From Lingula anatina (taxonomy: Eukaryota; Animalia; Brachiopoda): a stretch of DNA of 64,000 nt. Below the pieces are notes generated by a model. It did no database searches, had not been told where the DNA came from, and worked only from the letters and a program-made list of their open reading frames with translations. Location: contig CM120642.1 of assembly GCA_051362555.1 (NCBI GenBank), positions 8,804,001 through 8,868,000 of the forward strand, written 5' to 3'. Both the position numbers and the translations under genes were made by a program. Numbering within the stretch: the stretch's first letter is position 1; the number at the start of each line of letters is the position of its first letter. Positions 24,901 to 40,100 of the stretch are shown here, one piece after another.

Positions 24901-27900
24901 TGAGATGTTAAGAAGAGGATTGAATGGCAGGTTTTCAAGACAGTTTAGGTTTGTTGATTTTGTTTTAATGAAGGTGAAAGAGTGTATATGACCTCAAGTA
25001 AAAAGGTTTTATTTTCAGTTCAGCTTGCCTCTCTGTCTGTCCCTCTGTTTGTTTGTTGATGCATCCCTCCATCTGTCTTAATACATTCCTAGAGATGTAG
25101 TGTCACCTTGGCGATATGTGCTTTAATTGGTTTTAGGGGTGTTTTTCAGTGAAATGAAAGCACTTTTTCTCATAATGTATGTCAGATAATACATTAATGC
25201 AATATATGCCTTGAATACCTGCTGAAGATGCTTGAGGTATTCTGGCATACATCGCATGTGTCTCCAAGTCTCCTTACGTCTGTGCATTGCAATCAAACTG
25301 TCTGTTTCACTGTCTTTATGCCTTTAATTTTTTAAATCTGTCTTTGTTGCATCCTGTTCATTTTCCTGACACTGTCTGTGTGTCTGTAAACACATGCTTA
25401 TATATGAAATTGTGGTAAGTAGTAATGTGTGTAGGTGTATAAGAGGAAAATGGATTATTTAAGACCAGCATAACAAACCAACTGCAGAGGAATGCTTGAA
25501 TATGGACAAGGGTTAATAATCCATCAACTTGAAGAATTTTTGTAGATTCATAATCATATTTTTAATTTTTTTGCCTTTTTTATTCCATCAGAATGAACCA
25601 AACTTTGTCTGTCCTAATCTTTTGCACAGTTTATTTTCTGTAGGGGACAATCTTCATTATAACCAACTTGGGACCAGAAAGCCAGCAGTATTTCCAAGAG
25701 GGACTTTTTTTACTGAAAAAGAGAAACTGTAGTAAAAAATATATATATTTAGTGTTCAATGAACTTATCTTATTTCCTTATTTTACACAGTATGAGATTT
25801 TTAGGGGAAATGCAGTAATGAAGGCAATTCTTGGGTGGCTCAAAGACACAAACACCAATTATGGTTTATGAGACCTGTATTAGCTAGGTCCAGATATTAA
25901 GCTTGTTGACAAACCCATGTTTCTGTTAGACCTGTGCATATTTTGACCATAATGATCATAGTGATTAGATATGTTAAAAAGAAAAGAAAGTGTTGTGACA
26001 GTCTATTGGCATAGTCGTCATTAATGTCACCATTATCTGCAAAACAGACTTGATTTTTGTTATGGCTTTTTTGTACTAAAGACAATCTAAAGCCAGTTCT
26101 AGGTCTGGGTTTCTTTTGACTTGGACTTCTCTGTAAACTCTGGTAAGACATTTCAAGTTGCATACTAACTGCCAGCATGTGGCAATTAACTGAATTTTCT
26201 CTTTTATGTAGCCATACTGTAAGCCATACTGTAAGCAAAATGTCTCTGACTCAGATATGGACAGCTATCGATTCTGGCATTGGCCTTAATACGTGCAACA
26301 TTATGTAATTTAAAAGAAAAGGAAAAAGATCAATCCTCTGAGAAGCAGGTTTTCATTTTGCCACAAATTTGATTGATCTTGCATCTGAGACACACCAGTA
26401 TCTACCCACGCAAGTGGTGCATGTATAATGTATGGCCCAGTTCATCTCATACAAATATGTAGCCTGATGGCCTAACAGTATCTCAATAGGGGCCAGAAAC
26501 ACATACAGAATGTGGTTATCGCCATCCCATCCATCTGACAAAACCCAGAAGCAAACCCCAGTACCATGGAATATGTATATGCTGTATACTTTGGATTCAG
26601 TCCAACTTGGCCCTTAAGTATTTCGCAGCGGCCATAAGACAGGATTGTATCACTAGGATTTGTATTGATATGGTATGAAGGTCTCCAATGAACATCTAGT
26701 TTAGCTTGGCCAGGAAAAGGGATGCTATTGCCCTCAACTGCATTCAGATGTATGAAAACATCGATACTTGAACTTTTCATGGTATCATGCAGTCAGAATT
26801 TTTTTGCTAAATTGCAAGTCCTGTTTTTCCATTTTTGAATTCATTTATCAATATCTTTATTGGCAAATTTACCTTCTAGTTTATAGACTTGGTCACGGAA
26901 CTGTGAGCATTCTTAGTTAAAGGCCTCTGTTGTATACATTGCTGACTCCTCTAAGACATCATCAGGCTAGAAAGAGTTTCATGCTGTTTTAACTGGTTCA
27001 AGCCAGTGTTAATGATAAGGTGTCACCGCGGTTTTTAAAGTACATTCTGTTAGTTTGAAAATTTTGATTTGTTTACCAAATCTTTTATTTTTTCACTTTC
27101 TTTAGGGGGTCTTTGGAAAAATGGAGTCTTGATACATTAGGTTGAAAAGTGGGGTGTTTTATTGTCTCCTTTTCTTGTTTTTTTTTTTACATTGAGGAGT
27201 AGAATACTTTATTGAGTGGAGCACACATTTAAGTTTCTGCTCTCTATATTGGTAGAGTCCTTTGAACAGTATGTGAAAGTGCCTCTTGTATAACAGAAAG
27301 AATTGTTAGTGCTTCTTTTATATTTACGTCCATGAGCATTTTGTCTTTCAAACAGATACAGGTTCTTATAACAGCACAGATTGTCTGTGCTTTTGTATTT
27401 AGGTCCATAAGCATTGTGTCTTTCAAACAAATTTCTTCCTGTGTTCTACAGCTTTTTGGGGTTAAAAAGCTTTTATCTAATTGATACTGTACTAACATTT
27501 AAAGAGTATAATTTGTACTGGACACTTCAGTACTGAAAACTTCAACTGTAAGAGAATGTTGGCATGGTTCCAAGTTGTACTTTAAGTGTAGACTATAATT
27601 TATTGGCCAATTCATTCATTCATACAGAAAGCCAATCCATCTATTGTTCAATCACTTGAAGAGCACTATAAACCACTACAAATGGCCCAGCAACCAAAGG
27701 GATAGATTGTGATGTGTCCTGGAATTGGGATTAATATTGCATGCAGAAGGCTATTCAAGAACATCATTTATCAATTAGATTTTATTCAAGAAAGCTTGAG
27801 AGACTTAGACTGACCCAGTGTTACTACACCATTTTGCTTATTCATATTTTGGGGCTGGTCATTAGTTGTTTTTTACTTGTAGAGTGGACAATCTTGATTT

Positions 27901-28260
27901 GCCCTAAAGGACTGCTAGGCTAGTTAATGGGTATTTTTGGACACAGTTCATCAATTTGATTTCACTTAGAAAATGAAACATCTGGGGGAAAGCTTAGGGG
28001 TTCTCATGTGTATATACCTGAATTAATGTCTTTCGTTATTGAACAGTCCTGTACCCTGTATATCATGTATGGGAGTATCTTCTCAGCACACTTGTTGTCA
28101 TTGGTACTGTTGGGTGCTACCAGAGTGATGTTGTTGGGCACATGCTAACATTGCAGCTCATATTCTGAGACAATCATAGGCAAGCTTTGCTGAACACCAT
28201 ACTATTTTATGGAATGAATGTATGATAGGGAAAAGGGTGGAGACATCTCTCTTTTTCTCA

Positions 28261-28293
<33 letters not shown>

Positions 28294-28619
28294 GTGCATT
28301 ATACATGAAGTTTATCATTCAGAATCTGACAAAATAGTTCAGTGCAGTTGACACCCATGTCATGTCTTACTATATTCCTCTGGATTTATATTGAGGTATT
28401 TTCTGTACTCTGTTTTAGCAGAAAATCAATCACAGCCAGTTACGTAACACATGCTGACAATGTAATGATATCAATAATGCAGTATTGTGATACCAATTAT
28501 GTGACATCGGAAATAAAAACTCCTATCGTTTGACACTTGATTTAACACAAAGATGAGTCCCTTACATTCTTTTGATAATTAAGGCATCAATAATGTGTTA
28601 TTTGGGGTAACATTAAATT

Positions 28620-28980
28620 TGAAACTAAAGGTACCATTCATGTGATACTAGAGTTACCATTAAATTAAAGTGACACTAATATTATGTTTAACTTATTATT
28701 TAAAATAAATGTAACACTAGTGGTACCATTAATGTTATACTAGGGCCACCATTAAAATAAAAGAGATAAGATACCACAGGTAGCCTTAATGTGATACTAG
28801 AGGTACCATTAAAAAATGTGACAAGAGAGGTACCATTAATTGATACTAGGAGTACCATTAAAATTGTGACAATAGAGGTACCATTAATTTGATACTAGGG
28901 ATACCTTTAAAATAAATGTGATACTAGAGGTACCATTAAAATTAATGTGATGCCTTTAAAGTGATATCAATGTGATACCG
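28620..28980. repeat. Degenerate tandem repeat with GTGATACTAGAGGTACCATTAA core
   Basis: About a dozen imperfect copies of the core with variable A/T spacers. Confidence 0.8.
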
Positions 28981-29871
28981 TTTTTGTGTCACAAAGACCA
29001 GAGTTACTGCTGCCCTTTGACACTTCATTTGACAAATCAGCGAGCCACCATCTGTCATTTGACATTTAATGAATTATTAGTTTGACACTTTATGTGCCAT
29101 GAATTTGGTTCACAGGCTAATAATTGAGGACTGGTAATATTTACCAGTGAATCAGCAGCTGCAGTCTGATCCACAGGGTACCATCGATATGACTGGGCCA
29201 GGCATGCCTTTCTATTGATTATTCCTGGCTGATGTCCCAACTATTGATATTGTTACTGCAGGAGTGAGAAACAGCAGTCTTCTCTTAGAAACATGTATTC
29301 AATTTCTAAGAGGCTTTGACATAAGAATCCATTTTGTGCATGGATAAGTGTTAGTGTGTTAGTGCTGCTCCACGAGAGGAAAGAATGTGGTTATGAGTTG
29401 TAGTTTGTTACGATTTTGTTTTATAAAAGACCGTCATGGTTTATGTCTCTGAAGTGTATGATGTAATTGTGAGTAAACACAAACCTTGAATAGGTGTGTT
29501 AAAGGATGGTGTAAAAGAAATCATTTTAGTTTGATTTGGTGTTGCCATATCATTTCAGTCATGATGGTGTTATGTGTTATACGAACCACCTGTTGAGGCA
29601 TTTGTTGGTATCTCTTTTATAATGGCTTTCCTGATAATGTAATGTTGTTTTCTTGGTTAATACTACATATGGTAAAAACTTGAAGAAAATTTTGTGGAAG
29701 ACGTTTCTCTGCCTACATGATTTTTTTTCACTTTAAATATGGGCTTCTTGATAATTTTGAAAAGTTTGTCACCTAATAGTGTCATGTCGGATTGATGCAT
29801 TTTAAAATATTAATAAATTTTTAAGTGACAAAATTTTCAAGTCATTAATGTTTGTTATAAGCAACAATAAC

Positions 29872-29980
29872 ATTAGTACATAACATGTGATGTGCACAAC
29901 AATTGTATCAGATAGCATGCGACATAATATACAACAATTGTATAAGGTAACATGTGACATGTACAACAATTGTGTAAGAT
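29872..29980. repeat. Short tandem repeat of about 33 bp, 3 copies
   Basis: ACATGTGA...ACAACAATTGTAT recurs three times. Confidence 0.6.
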
Positions 29981-31499
29981 TTACATTGCTTGTTATGCAC
30001 TGGCCTCAGACCAGTTTCTTATTTATGCTTCAGTATCAAATGCTTTATTTTTAGTACCTCACTTTTACAGCGGTTCAATAATCTAACCACTGAACTAAGC
30101 TTCCTGTTTTTTATGTGTTAAACTCAATAAGCTTGACTATATATTTAGCACAGCATTATTGCAGTTCATGTCAAATGGTAGACTTTTTTATGCAGACCTA
30201 AATGAAAACGTGTGAGATCAATAGCATTCATTTGAGGTCAACGATTAGTTTCTTTCATAAATTCAAAACTTGATTGGAAATGTGCATGATTATTGGAGTT
30301 GAAGGTGATTTCTTGAATACATGAACATGGCCCCCTGTACCTTAAAAAATTAACAAGTATTTTTTACAACCATTTTTTTATTATTTGCTATCTGATTTTC
30401 TTCCCCCTTTTTCTTTTGATTGTTCAGATTAAGATTATGTTCCAAAGGAATGAAGCCTAAAACATGCCATGTTGGATAAACTAGAGACTTATTTTAAAAA
30501 TGCTCAGTCTTCAGACTGCCAAATTCAGATAGTCAAAAGCATTAATTTGAATTTGCTATTATAATGTTTATATTGTTGTTATGGATGATTAGCCAAAGTA
30601 AACTTAGTTGACTAAATGACATTTTAATATATCACCAAGCGAAAGTCAACGTGAAGGTAATCACAGTTTGCTCTATGAGCTTTTTAAATATTTTAAAAGA
30701 TAGAAAAGTAGCCTTTTTGGATTCTTAAAACTTTTAGTCAGCTAAAAGCTGATTTTCAGTTTTAGTCATTTTGTGGTCCATGGTTCTCCTTGGGTTTTCT
30801 CTTGTGAGTTATGTTTCGGCATAATAGTGAGCTTATGGCAGGTAAATTAAATTTTTGTATCAGAACAATTGTTTTTGATATTAGAAAAAAAGGTAGAAAC
30901 AAAAATTCTTCATGGTCAGAATTTCATGCTTATAAATTTCATATTGTTACTAGTATAAGATATATCAGCAAGTATGCATCGTCATGTGCACACAAAGACC
31001 TGGGTACATAATAAGAAATAATAAGGTGAACAAACTCAGATTGAATTTTTTTTCTAAAAAAAAAAAAAAACATTTAGAAAAAAAAGGGCTCTATCACTGT
31101 ATACATCTTAGACATGCACAGGAATGTGTATGAGTGATTTACTTGTGTTATGTGACGTCAGCAGCCCATTCATAAGGGACAATGTGTTTGCCCAATAGCT
31201 GTTGTTCTAATTGATTTTCTCTGTGGTAATAATTAGATTCTCGTCATCCGTGTATTGTAAAGAATGGTTCAATGGTCAAGACATGCTGTAGGATATTGAT
31301 AGGCACTATTTTGGATGCTATCACACAACATGTGGACCAGATAGACTAACAGACCCAGGTGGCTCAACACCAGAGAATATGTTTGAAATCCCTAAGATTT
31401 TGTTGTTTATTGATTAGTAGAGGTGGCTGAGTTTTATGCATGTTACTTTCTCTCTATTTCTCTTCCCTTCACCCTTTTCTTCACCTCTCCCCCAATCCC

Positions 31500-31500
31500 C

Positions 31501-31557
<57 letters not shown>

Positions 31558-31577
31558 TCTCTCTCTCTCTCTCTCTC
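31500..31577. repeat. (CT)n microsatellite
   Basis: Directly visible. Confidence 0.9.
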
Positions 31578-34121
31578 GCTCTTCATTTAATTTAGTTATA
31601 GCTTCACTGACACTTTCAAGGCATATACAAATTTAGCTCTGGCTGTTGAGCTTTAGTCACAGCACAAATAATTGCACTGAATAAAAGGGAGCCAGAATGT
31701 CGATAACATTAAAAGACATACTTTATTGCAGTCCCATTGATGTAGGTAGCTAACATGAGGGATTTGTCTGCTGCAATTGTCTGTGCTTCATGAAGTTGGC
31801 ATTTTTTACACTTATATAACCTCAGTGAATGAGTCTGTCTTCCCACATGAGGCCTCAAGAGACACAGTGGGTTTTATGTCGTTGCCTTTCCTGCATGCTT
31901 GATTCTAGAAAGACTTGAAATACTAGTTTCCTGTATCTGCACAGTGGTTTTGCTATGTGAATAAGAAATTAAAGTAATATCAAGGTAACTATGAAAGCTG
32001 ATATGAATATAGATATATGAATCATAGTCTTCTTTAGAGGCCTATCCATACAGACCTAACCATATTAAGTTTTGTAGAGGAAAAAATAATGGGATAAAGA
32101 CTGCTTGTCAGTTATATCCATACTTGAGAGATAAAACTTTATGGATATGATAATCTCCCCAAAGAAATATCTAAAGTATGTATGAGGATTGGCATACTGC
32201 TCCTCTTAGAGATTATTTTTTGGAAAAAGAAAAAATAGAAATGATGATGGATTTTATGTAAAATGAATGCCATAGTGGGAGGGGTAATGGTTGAGTCATT
32301 CAAAAACCTTTTCTGTTCTTATCACCAAATTAGTTTTACTAAAGAAAAAAGTTGACAGATGATAAGAACATAATTGGCACCAGTAATTGTTGGAATTACT
32401 CAGATAGTGTTTCACAAGTGTTCAAAGAACATTTACAAGGAGGTTTTCAATCACAAAATTTCCCTGGATAGTAGGCAGTAGAGAATAATAATAATAGATT
32501 GAACTTTTTTGGTAAAAGAAATTGATAATGGCCAGACAGAAAGGATGTGATGCTTTTCTTTTGTTTTTTAAGTTGACTGATACATTATTTCAAGATGGTT
32601 AGATTTAATATCACAGGCAGATACAGGATAGGATTTAAGGGAGGGGTGGGGGGGGGGGTCTCAAGGATAATTTATTTTTTGCCTTGCAGATAAAACAGTA
32701 GATGAGGGCAATTCTACTTTGATAAGTGTGGCACGGATATGGAAAATTAATTTTCTGTCAAATAATTTGTTATTTTTAGTTAAGGGGGAGAGAGGGGTTA
32801 ATCGGATGTCCCCCCCCCCTCCCTCCTCCTCCACCTCTGGATCCACCAGTGAACGAGACTAATAATCTTACTGCAAAACTCCCAACCATCTCTTTTTATC
32901 CTGAACTACCACCATCATGGTATATCTCATATCAATACATTGTGTCAGCCTGAGTAAGTTGCGTGCGTCTGCATGTGTGTCATTCATATACGCCAGCAAA
33001 CTGAAACACGAGGAGATGTTGCCTGCTTGAAAGTACCTATACACCCAAGTAGTCGTGATATATTTCTGTATATTTAGACAGTAGTGGGTGGGTGAATTGT
33101 CTGCTTAACTCAATTACACCTATTGTATGTTGTGTTAATGGCCATGTCTCTGCAGTAGAGATCGTATGGCAGGGATTGATTCCTGTTTCTCTTCTCCATG
33201 ATCTGAGTGGGAGGGATGATGGTATTTAGTGGCTGGGCCCACTACAGGATATTAGGCATTCTTTTAGGCAAATAGCTGGATGATTTCAGCCAGGCTAAAA
33301 ATTTTAAACTCCATCAGTGATAATTGTGATGGAAAACGGTAAAATATCTGTATCTGATTTCTTTAGCATTTCGCTGTATGATATGATATTCTGCTGAAGT
33401 GAGCTTAGAATATTTGTGGCAGTTTTTAATTTGTTTAGTTCTCTCTTACTGTAATAATGTCTTTCATTTTACCATATGAAGCAGATTTATTTATTATTGA
33501 CAGATTTTTATGATTTTTAGGTATATTTGTTACAGTCTGCAGGAGGAAGTCAGAAGCCATGTCGACATCAGGTACCAAACAGATCGTGATAATGACCACT
33601 AAAACAAATATGGAAGCCAAAGGATTTTACGTGTCATCTGCTCACTGCTAGAAGTGAGACGGCTTCACTGGATCCTCAGTTACCAGCCTGCTGTGAGAAA
33701 ATGAAATCAGTGTTGGGACTAAATTCTCAAACGGAAGATCTACTTAAAAATGGCCAGTATTGGTCATTGATTGGGACTGGACAACAGCCTGACCATAAGC
33801 ACTCATTGTGGAGAATCCTGAATTGATGTATATAAGACTGTTGAATAGTTGTCTCTTTGGAGTCTTGGGGGGACCCTGTCGTAATTGTGAAGTAGAGACC
33901 CCTGTTGGACATATGTTATGTTCAGTTACCTATGTCCAGGTGAGAGAGACGTAGTAGAAAACCTGTCTATATGGTCACTTATCTATGTCCAGCTTCAGTC
34001 AGTGTAAATAGTGTCACTGTCTGTGATACCATTTAAAAACTCTGTCATCTTGAAAGCAGCATAAAGGCATTGGGATCAATATCTAAAGAAATATGGACTC
34101 TAGTGACTTTCAGTAGCTATT

Positions 34122-37100
34122 ATGGAGGAGCAGGAAATAACAGAAGGAAAAGCCCTGCCAAGCCATACAAACAGTGATTTTGATAATACATTGAATAACA
34201 CTGTACTGGACAGGGAAGAGGAGGACAAGACAGATGCTGGTGGTGTCAAAGTGGACAACACAGTGGACAATGAAGTGGTCAAGGAAGAAAAAGAAGAACA
34301 AGGAGATGACCATCCTGTTGAAAAGCACCCAGTAGACAGAGCAGTCGACCGTGCTGCCAAGTCAGAGGCTCTGGAGAAGGAGTACGTCCATGATGTGTAT
34401 GAGAAGATTGCCCCGCACTTCAGTGATGCTCGGTACAAGGCATGGCCAAAAGTGAAGCAGTTTATTGAGGACCTGGAGCCAGGAGCACTGGTGGCTGATA
34501 TAGGTATATAATTTTTCATTTATCAGTGTTTAGAATAATGCTACTCAGTGGTTGTTTTAGAGGTTAATTGCAAAAAAAAAATGGTGGTTATATAATGAAA
34601 TCATAGAAGTCTGAACAACATATGGTTTAGCTTTAGATTATTATATACTGTGTATGTAAAGTATTTGAAATATTATAATATATATGCTGTAACATATAAT
34701 GAGTGTGTTGAATAATTCAGATTAGTTAAATCTTTTAGAATGTGTGCATATTGCAGTTAGTTTGATATCAACTCCAGTATGTAAAACTTGCTCACTAATA
34801 GATATATGAATATAGTATAAAATATATTATGTGTATTGTATAATATGATATATTACATGTATTATGTATCACATATTGTGTATATTGCAGGTTGTGGTAA
34901 TGGCAAGTACCTAGGTATTAACTCCAGTGTATATAAACTGGGCACTGATAGATGTGCTCGTCTGGTAGAGATAGCAGCTGAACATGGACATCAGGTATGA
35001 TGTTTAAATTTTTAAATGTTATAAGGATAATTTTTACACAAAGCCATCATTGTACTTGCGTTTAATGTGCCATTACAAAGTTCTAATACTTGTGTATGAA
35101 AACAGGAAATTAAGCTGAAGAATCCTTTAATGAGAAGTTGTTTGTAAATGGAGACATGTCTTATTTCTTGATCATATATTATACATTAAATCTAGTATAA
35201 CTGAGTCTGGTAGTAAAACAAACCAGTCCCAATTTTAGTCTAAGGTAGACTTTAAGGGCTTTAGAATGATAAATGTGGACCTGAACTGTTAAAAGTAGTA
35301 GGCCTAATCTTAATGATCTAAAAAGCACATTTTAATTCATGTGGCCATGTTAACTATGATATTTCTCTTATAGAATATAAAAACCAGCAGCGTGAAGTCC
35401 TTAAAGAACATTATTGATTGTTGCACAGAGTTTAAACACTGGTGGCCTTGTTCTCAATAGCAGACAATTTTTACAAGCTTGGTTACACTGTTTTTTTTTC
35501 AGCATTTTTCAATTAATGTGATAAATTGAATCTACACGATAGAAATGTTAAATTCAAAACAATCATAATTACTTTGATTTTTTTTTAAAATCCTAGGCTA
35601 GGTATGCTGTTCAACAAGATGACCTGTTGCATTCCTTCAGTTGAAGTATATACCTAAAGTTTTATTCATATTTATATAAAGGTATTTCATGGAACATTAT
35701 TATTAAATATTATGATTTCCTTTTCTAGACCATGGTTTCTGACAGCCTTCTCCTGCCCTACAGAGACAATGTGTTTGATGCTGTTATTTCTATTGCTGTG
35801 ATTCACCATTTTTCTACTATTGAGCGTCGTATTCAGGCCATACGCGAATTGGCCCGGATCTGCCAAATTGGAGGAAAAGTTATGATCTATGTGTGGGCTA
35901 TGGAGCAAACTAAGAGAAAGGTATTTGCACTCTTTAATAATAAGTATTATTATTTTTGAAATAATTTATTCTTAAATTTCAACTAGAAAGGAAAAACAGA
36001 CAGAGGTGAAAACTAACCTCTTTGGTAGAGGTTTTTAAAAATTTTACATTACATTTTATTAGATTTTTATGCAAATTTATAATTATAATAAAATAGCAAA
36101 AGACCAAAGATTTATCAGAATGATTGCATATGCACACATGGAAACACTGCATCCAAGTCAGGAACTAATATGACAGAAGAATTTCAATATCACAATCAAG
36201 TAATCACATCTGTCACAGTTAGAAATGCTTGGTAACTGACTAGCACACCTAACACATTGCATTGATTTCAGTGCCAGAAACTGTTGTTGTTATTGTTCGT
36301 TGTTGTTGTTCATATTAACCCAAAATGGTTCAGTTATGTAGAGTTATGTGCAAAAATTTTTTTGCCTGCTATACCCCATAACTAAAAATTGTTGTATTTT
36401 GCATGAACTAAAATGAATGAATAACATCCGATCAAATGAAATGTACTGCAATCTGTTACGTAAGTAAGGTGCTGAAAATTATACATTAAAATTTCTTTGA
36501 TTTCAGTTTGAGTCCCAGGATGTCCTGGTTCCATGGCACCTGCATCCTAAATATAAACATAAAAAAGGTAAAAGTGCATGTTCTCAGGAGGTAACTCACC
36601 TGTTCACAAAGTTTATGCTGAAAAAATGGGCAAGAAACAGTTCTCCTTCACATAAATAATACTCTTGGGTCATAATCAGTTATAACTTTTTTGTAGTTGT
36701 GTAAAATTTACATGTTATATAATATCTATAGAATAAAGTTGTTAATTAATCCTGTAATGTGAAAGTTGAAAGTTTATCCTTGTAAATTGCTTCGTTGCAT
36801 TAAACCAATGGTAAATGATTATTAAAGCAATTGTTGATAGTTTCACCTACAATATTAAATAATCATTTTCCAGAGAAAAAGAAGAAAAACTCCTCCATAG
36901 AAAATGATCTCCCAAGCTCCAGCTCAATCAGTGAAGATGAGACTCAAGGTGACCCTGTTGCTATGACAATCACCTCGGAGTCTGACATTGTTGACAACGA
37001 TAATGATACCAATGGTAGCAGCAGTTCACAACATGACAATATGCTCCGCAGTAGCTGTCGCCAGATCCAGGAGTGGTGTAAGAAGAAGCGCGGTTCCCTG

Positions 37101-40100
37101 AGCGACAGCACGCCAGAGCATGCATCTATGCAAGATAATGGCGAGGTCACCAGAATTCAGGTGTGATATTGTGTTGTATTGTTTTGCTCTCTCTCTCTCT
37201 CTCACACTCTCATATGTTATAGTGAAGGAAAGTTGAAAAGATTACATACTTCTTACTGATGAATAAAACAAGTAATGCACAAAATATCATTTTACCAGTA
37301 TAGTCAGTCCCATCCAAGCGAAAAATGTGTTTATTCTAAATTTGTTTAATTAAATTTGATGAATCAAAGACAGTTGGCAGCAGTTTTAATAGCTGATATT
37401 AATTTTGACAGTCTTATGTCTTCTCAGAACTGGACATTTTGTGACAAAGTTATACAAAGAAAAAACTTATATTTTGTTCCATCTTTCCCAGGTGTTAAAA
37501 TACCAAGACAGCAGTAGTTTTGAAGGAGAGGAAGAGCCTAGTTTTAACTGTCTCAAGCATGCATGGAAAAAGGACAGAGTGCATCCACGGAAACAGTTCC
37601 AGGTTAGGGTTGGGAGAGGACAAGGGGGGGGGGGGGGGAGGGCAATAGATATTGAGTTTAATCTTGGGTATCAGTTAATTTTTGCAAAATGTCATATATA
37701 ATTCTTATCAGACTAATCAGGAAATGTGCAATCTTTTACTGTTTTCAGACAGATGATTACCAAAGTTAACTGTTGTTTAACTTTTTTTGCGCTAGCAGAA
37801 ATTTAATAGATTATATTCCCTGGTTCAGTTTAGTTTATGAAAATGCTATGTTAGTATTTCAAACATGCAGGTGATATAAAATGAACTTTGATACAATCTT
37901 TGGGCCTTTCTTGCTGATGGATTATGCAGTGCATACTAGTATTTAAATGAACAGTAAGAAAAAAATGTGATAGAGTGCTCTGTTTTTAATGATGTTTAAA
38001 ATTAACGGCAGAACAGATATTCCTACACATAAACAGGAGCATTTGCTAGCATTTGTACTTAGTATTTCTCATGAGAGTCACTATTCATTTTCAGGCCAAA
38101 GCATTCACTGCTGACCAGGAAGATGAAACCAGCTTCACCAATCCACTGGACAGCATGCTGGAGAGTATCAAACGCCAAATCAACTATGGCGCAATAGCAC
38201 CAGCAGAAACAAGCAAACAATCATCGAGGACCTCGTCTCCTCAGAGAAAGAAGAAACGGCACCCCAAACTTGCTCATACGCTGTTACTTAAAGACTATGG
38301 GAGCACTGACAGTGAAACGGCCTCCTCTCCCGAGGACCAGCAGTGTAAGATACGCTTCTCTGATCTCATAAAGACAAAACTGAAAAGCATTCTCAATTTT
38401 AGATCTCAGTCCGTGGATGAGGAGACACTGATGGGGCACCGTATGAAGCCGGCACCCACCTCCTCTTCTTGGTTCAGTTTCTGGTACCAACCTGAGAATG
38501 TCAGCGAAGAGGAACTACATGTGGTGCCACCTGTTGATAAAGCCGAAATAGATGTGATAAATGCTGATAACAAGGAGACAATCAGTCTGCTCTCTCAGTC
38601 CGTTGACTCTGGTATCCAGAGTTGCATGAGTAAAGATATGACTACTGCTACTTTGCGCTCAATAGATTCAGGCAATAGTTCTGGAATACAAGGCAGTACA
38701 CCGACAATATCTGGTAGCACTAGAGATGTACTTGGGAGCACTACTAGTTTGCCTATCGCTGCAGAGAAAATAAGAGACGGTAAAGAACATCACAGAGATG
38801 CAAAATACAGTGAATTGCTGAGGAGAATTATGAAAGACTGGAACAGGCCTATTTTAGAGCATTCAGTGTCACTGCCTGAGGAAGACATTCCAGCCTTCTG
38901 TGTTAGAGAGTTCCCTTTAAGTAGTACAAGACAAGCTCCTCAGAAGGCTTACTCACTAGACACTGGCTATGAACAAAACATGGCTAAAAACAGCAACAAC
39001 TTGGGGCCTGGTGCAACAGGGAAACATATGACAAAGGAGGCTCGGATGATGGAAGAAGAAAACTCAGAAGCAAGTACGTCATCCCATGACTCAGCACTGT
39101 CCTTAGACCGTCCATCAGTTGGATCTCCCAACACTGAAGATTCCACTAGCTCGTTGGAGAAAACGGGGCTGGATCCCACAGCTCAGCAGCAGAATGCTAG
39201 TCTTACGGTTACTACTCCTGAAATTGCTCGCAAGGACAGCAGTGAAGAAGAGTCAGCTTTTATGGAGACTTACAAGTATTATGCAGAAACACTGTGGAAC
39301 AAACCTGGAGCTGGACGCAGCAGAGGCAATAGGATAAACTCAGACTCTTCAGATGATTTCAGTGAGAAAGACGATTTTGAAATTGAGCTTAATGTCAGTG
39401 GTTTTGTGGTGAGTTTACAAAAAGATATGGATAGCTATGAAAAGATGCAGCAGTGGAAAGATTTGCAGTGGCGTTTTACAGGTCAGCCTCCTCCATCGTC
39501 ATCAACAAAGGAGGAAGAGAGTGCCAGTGCCCTTGACGAAGTGTTTTCAGAGTCCAGACTCTTTGATGCATCTCAAAAGAAAGGGGAGAATTTATTTTGG
39601 CAACTTCCACCAAATTCAAGTGGCCTCCCTTTGCTAACACTGTCTAAACCCAGTGACGCATCAGGGAGCAGTCCACTGTTCATGGGTGTGTCACAGGAAA
39701 GCGATGTCACAATCACAGACTCGGTTTCAGAAAAAGATCTCAGTGTTGACCCAACCAGGTCAGGGAAAGCCCCTAGTATTACTCTCTCTGATCGTAATAA
39801 TAGCAGCAGCAATGGCTCTAATGGGTCTCACTCATCATATTCTCAAGACTCGGACTTAGACTCTGAGCCTAGCTCAACTCAGACTGTTATTTGCAAATCT
39901 ACAGTTGATCGCCTGGATTGCTTATCGCGTAATGGTGGAAGTGGGACATCCCAGGATTCAGATGACTCTAATGGCAGCTCAAGCAGGACTATGACCCACA
40001 CTTCGAGCACTGTGACACCAGACGAGGATGGATCACTCCCTCGATCAAGGGCTCACAGTGCCGACTATAAAGACATGTTTAGTTCCTTCTTAGAGTTGCA

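Noticed and set aside
26353-26780. Minus-strand ORFs within the long leader intron
   Set aside because: No recognisable domain or exon chain; a nested gene cannot be supported.
36568-36590. Alternative downstream donor GAG|GTAACT in TRMT9B-like exon 4
   Set aside because: It is phase 0, while the next strong acceptor (36873) needs phase 1; it would work only with a weak GAG acceptor at 36875.
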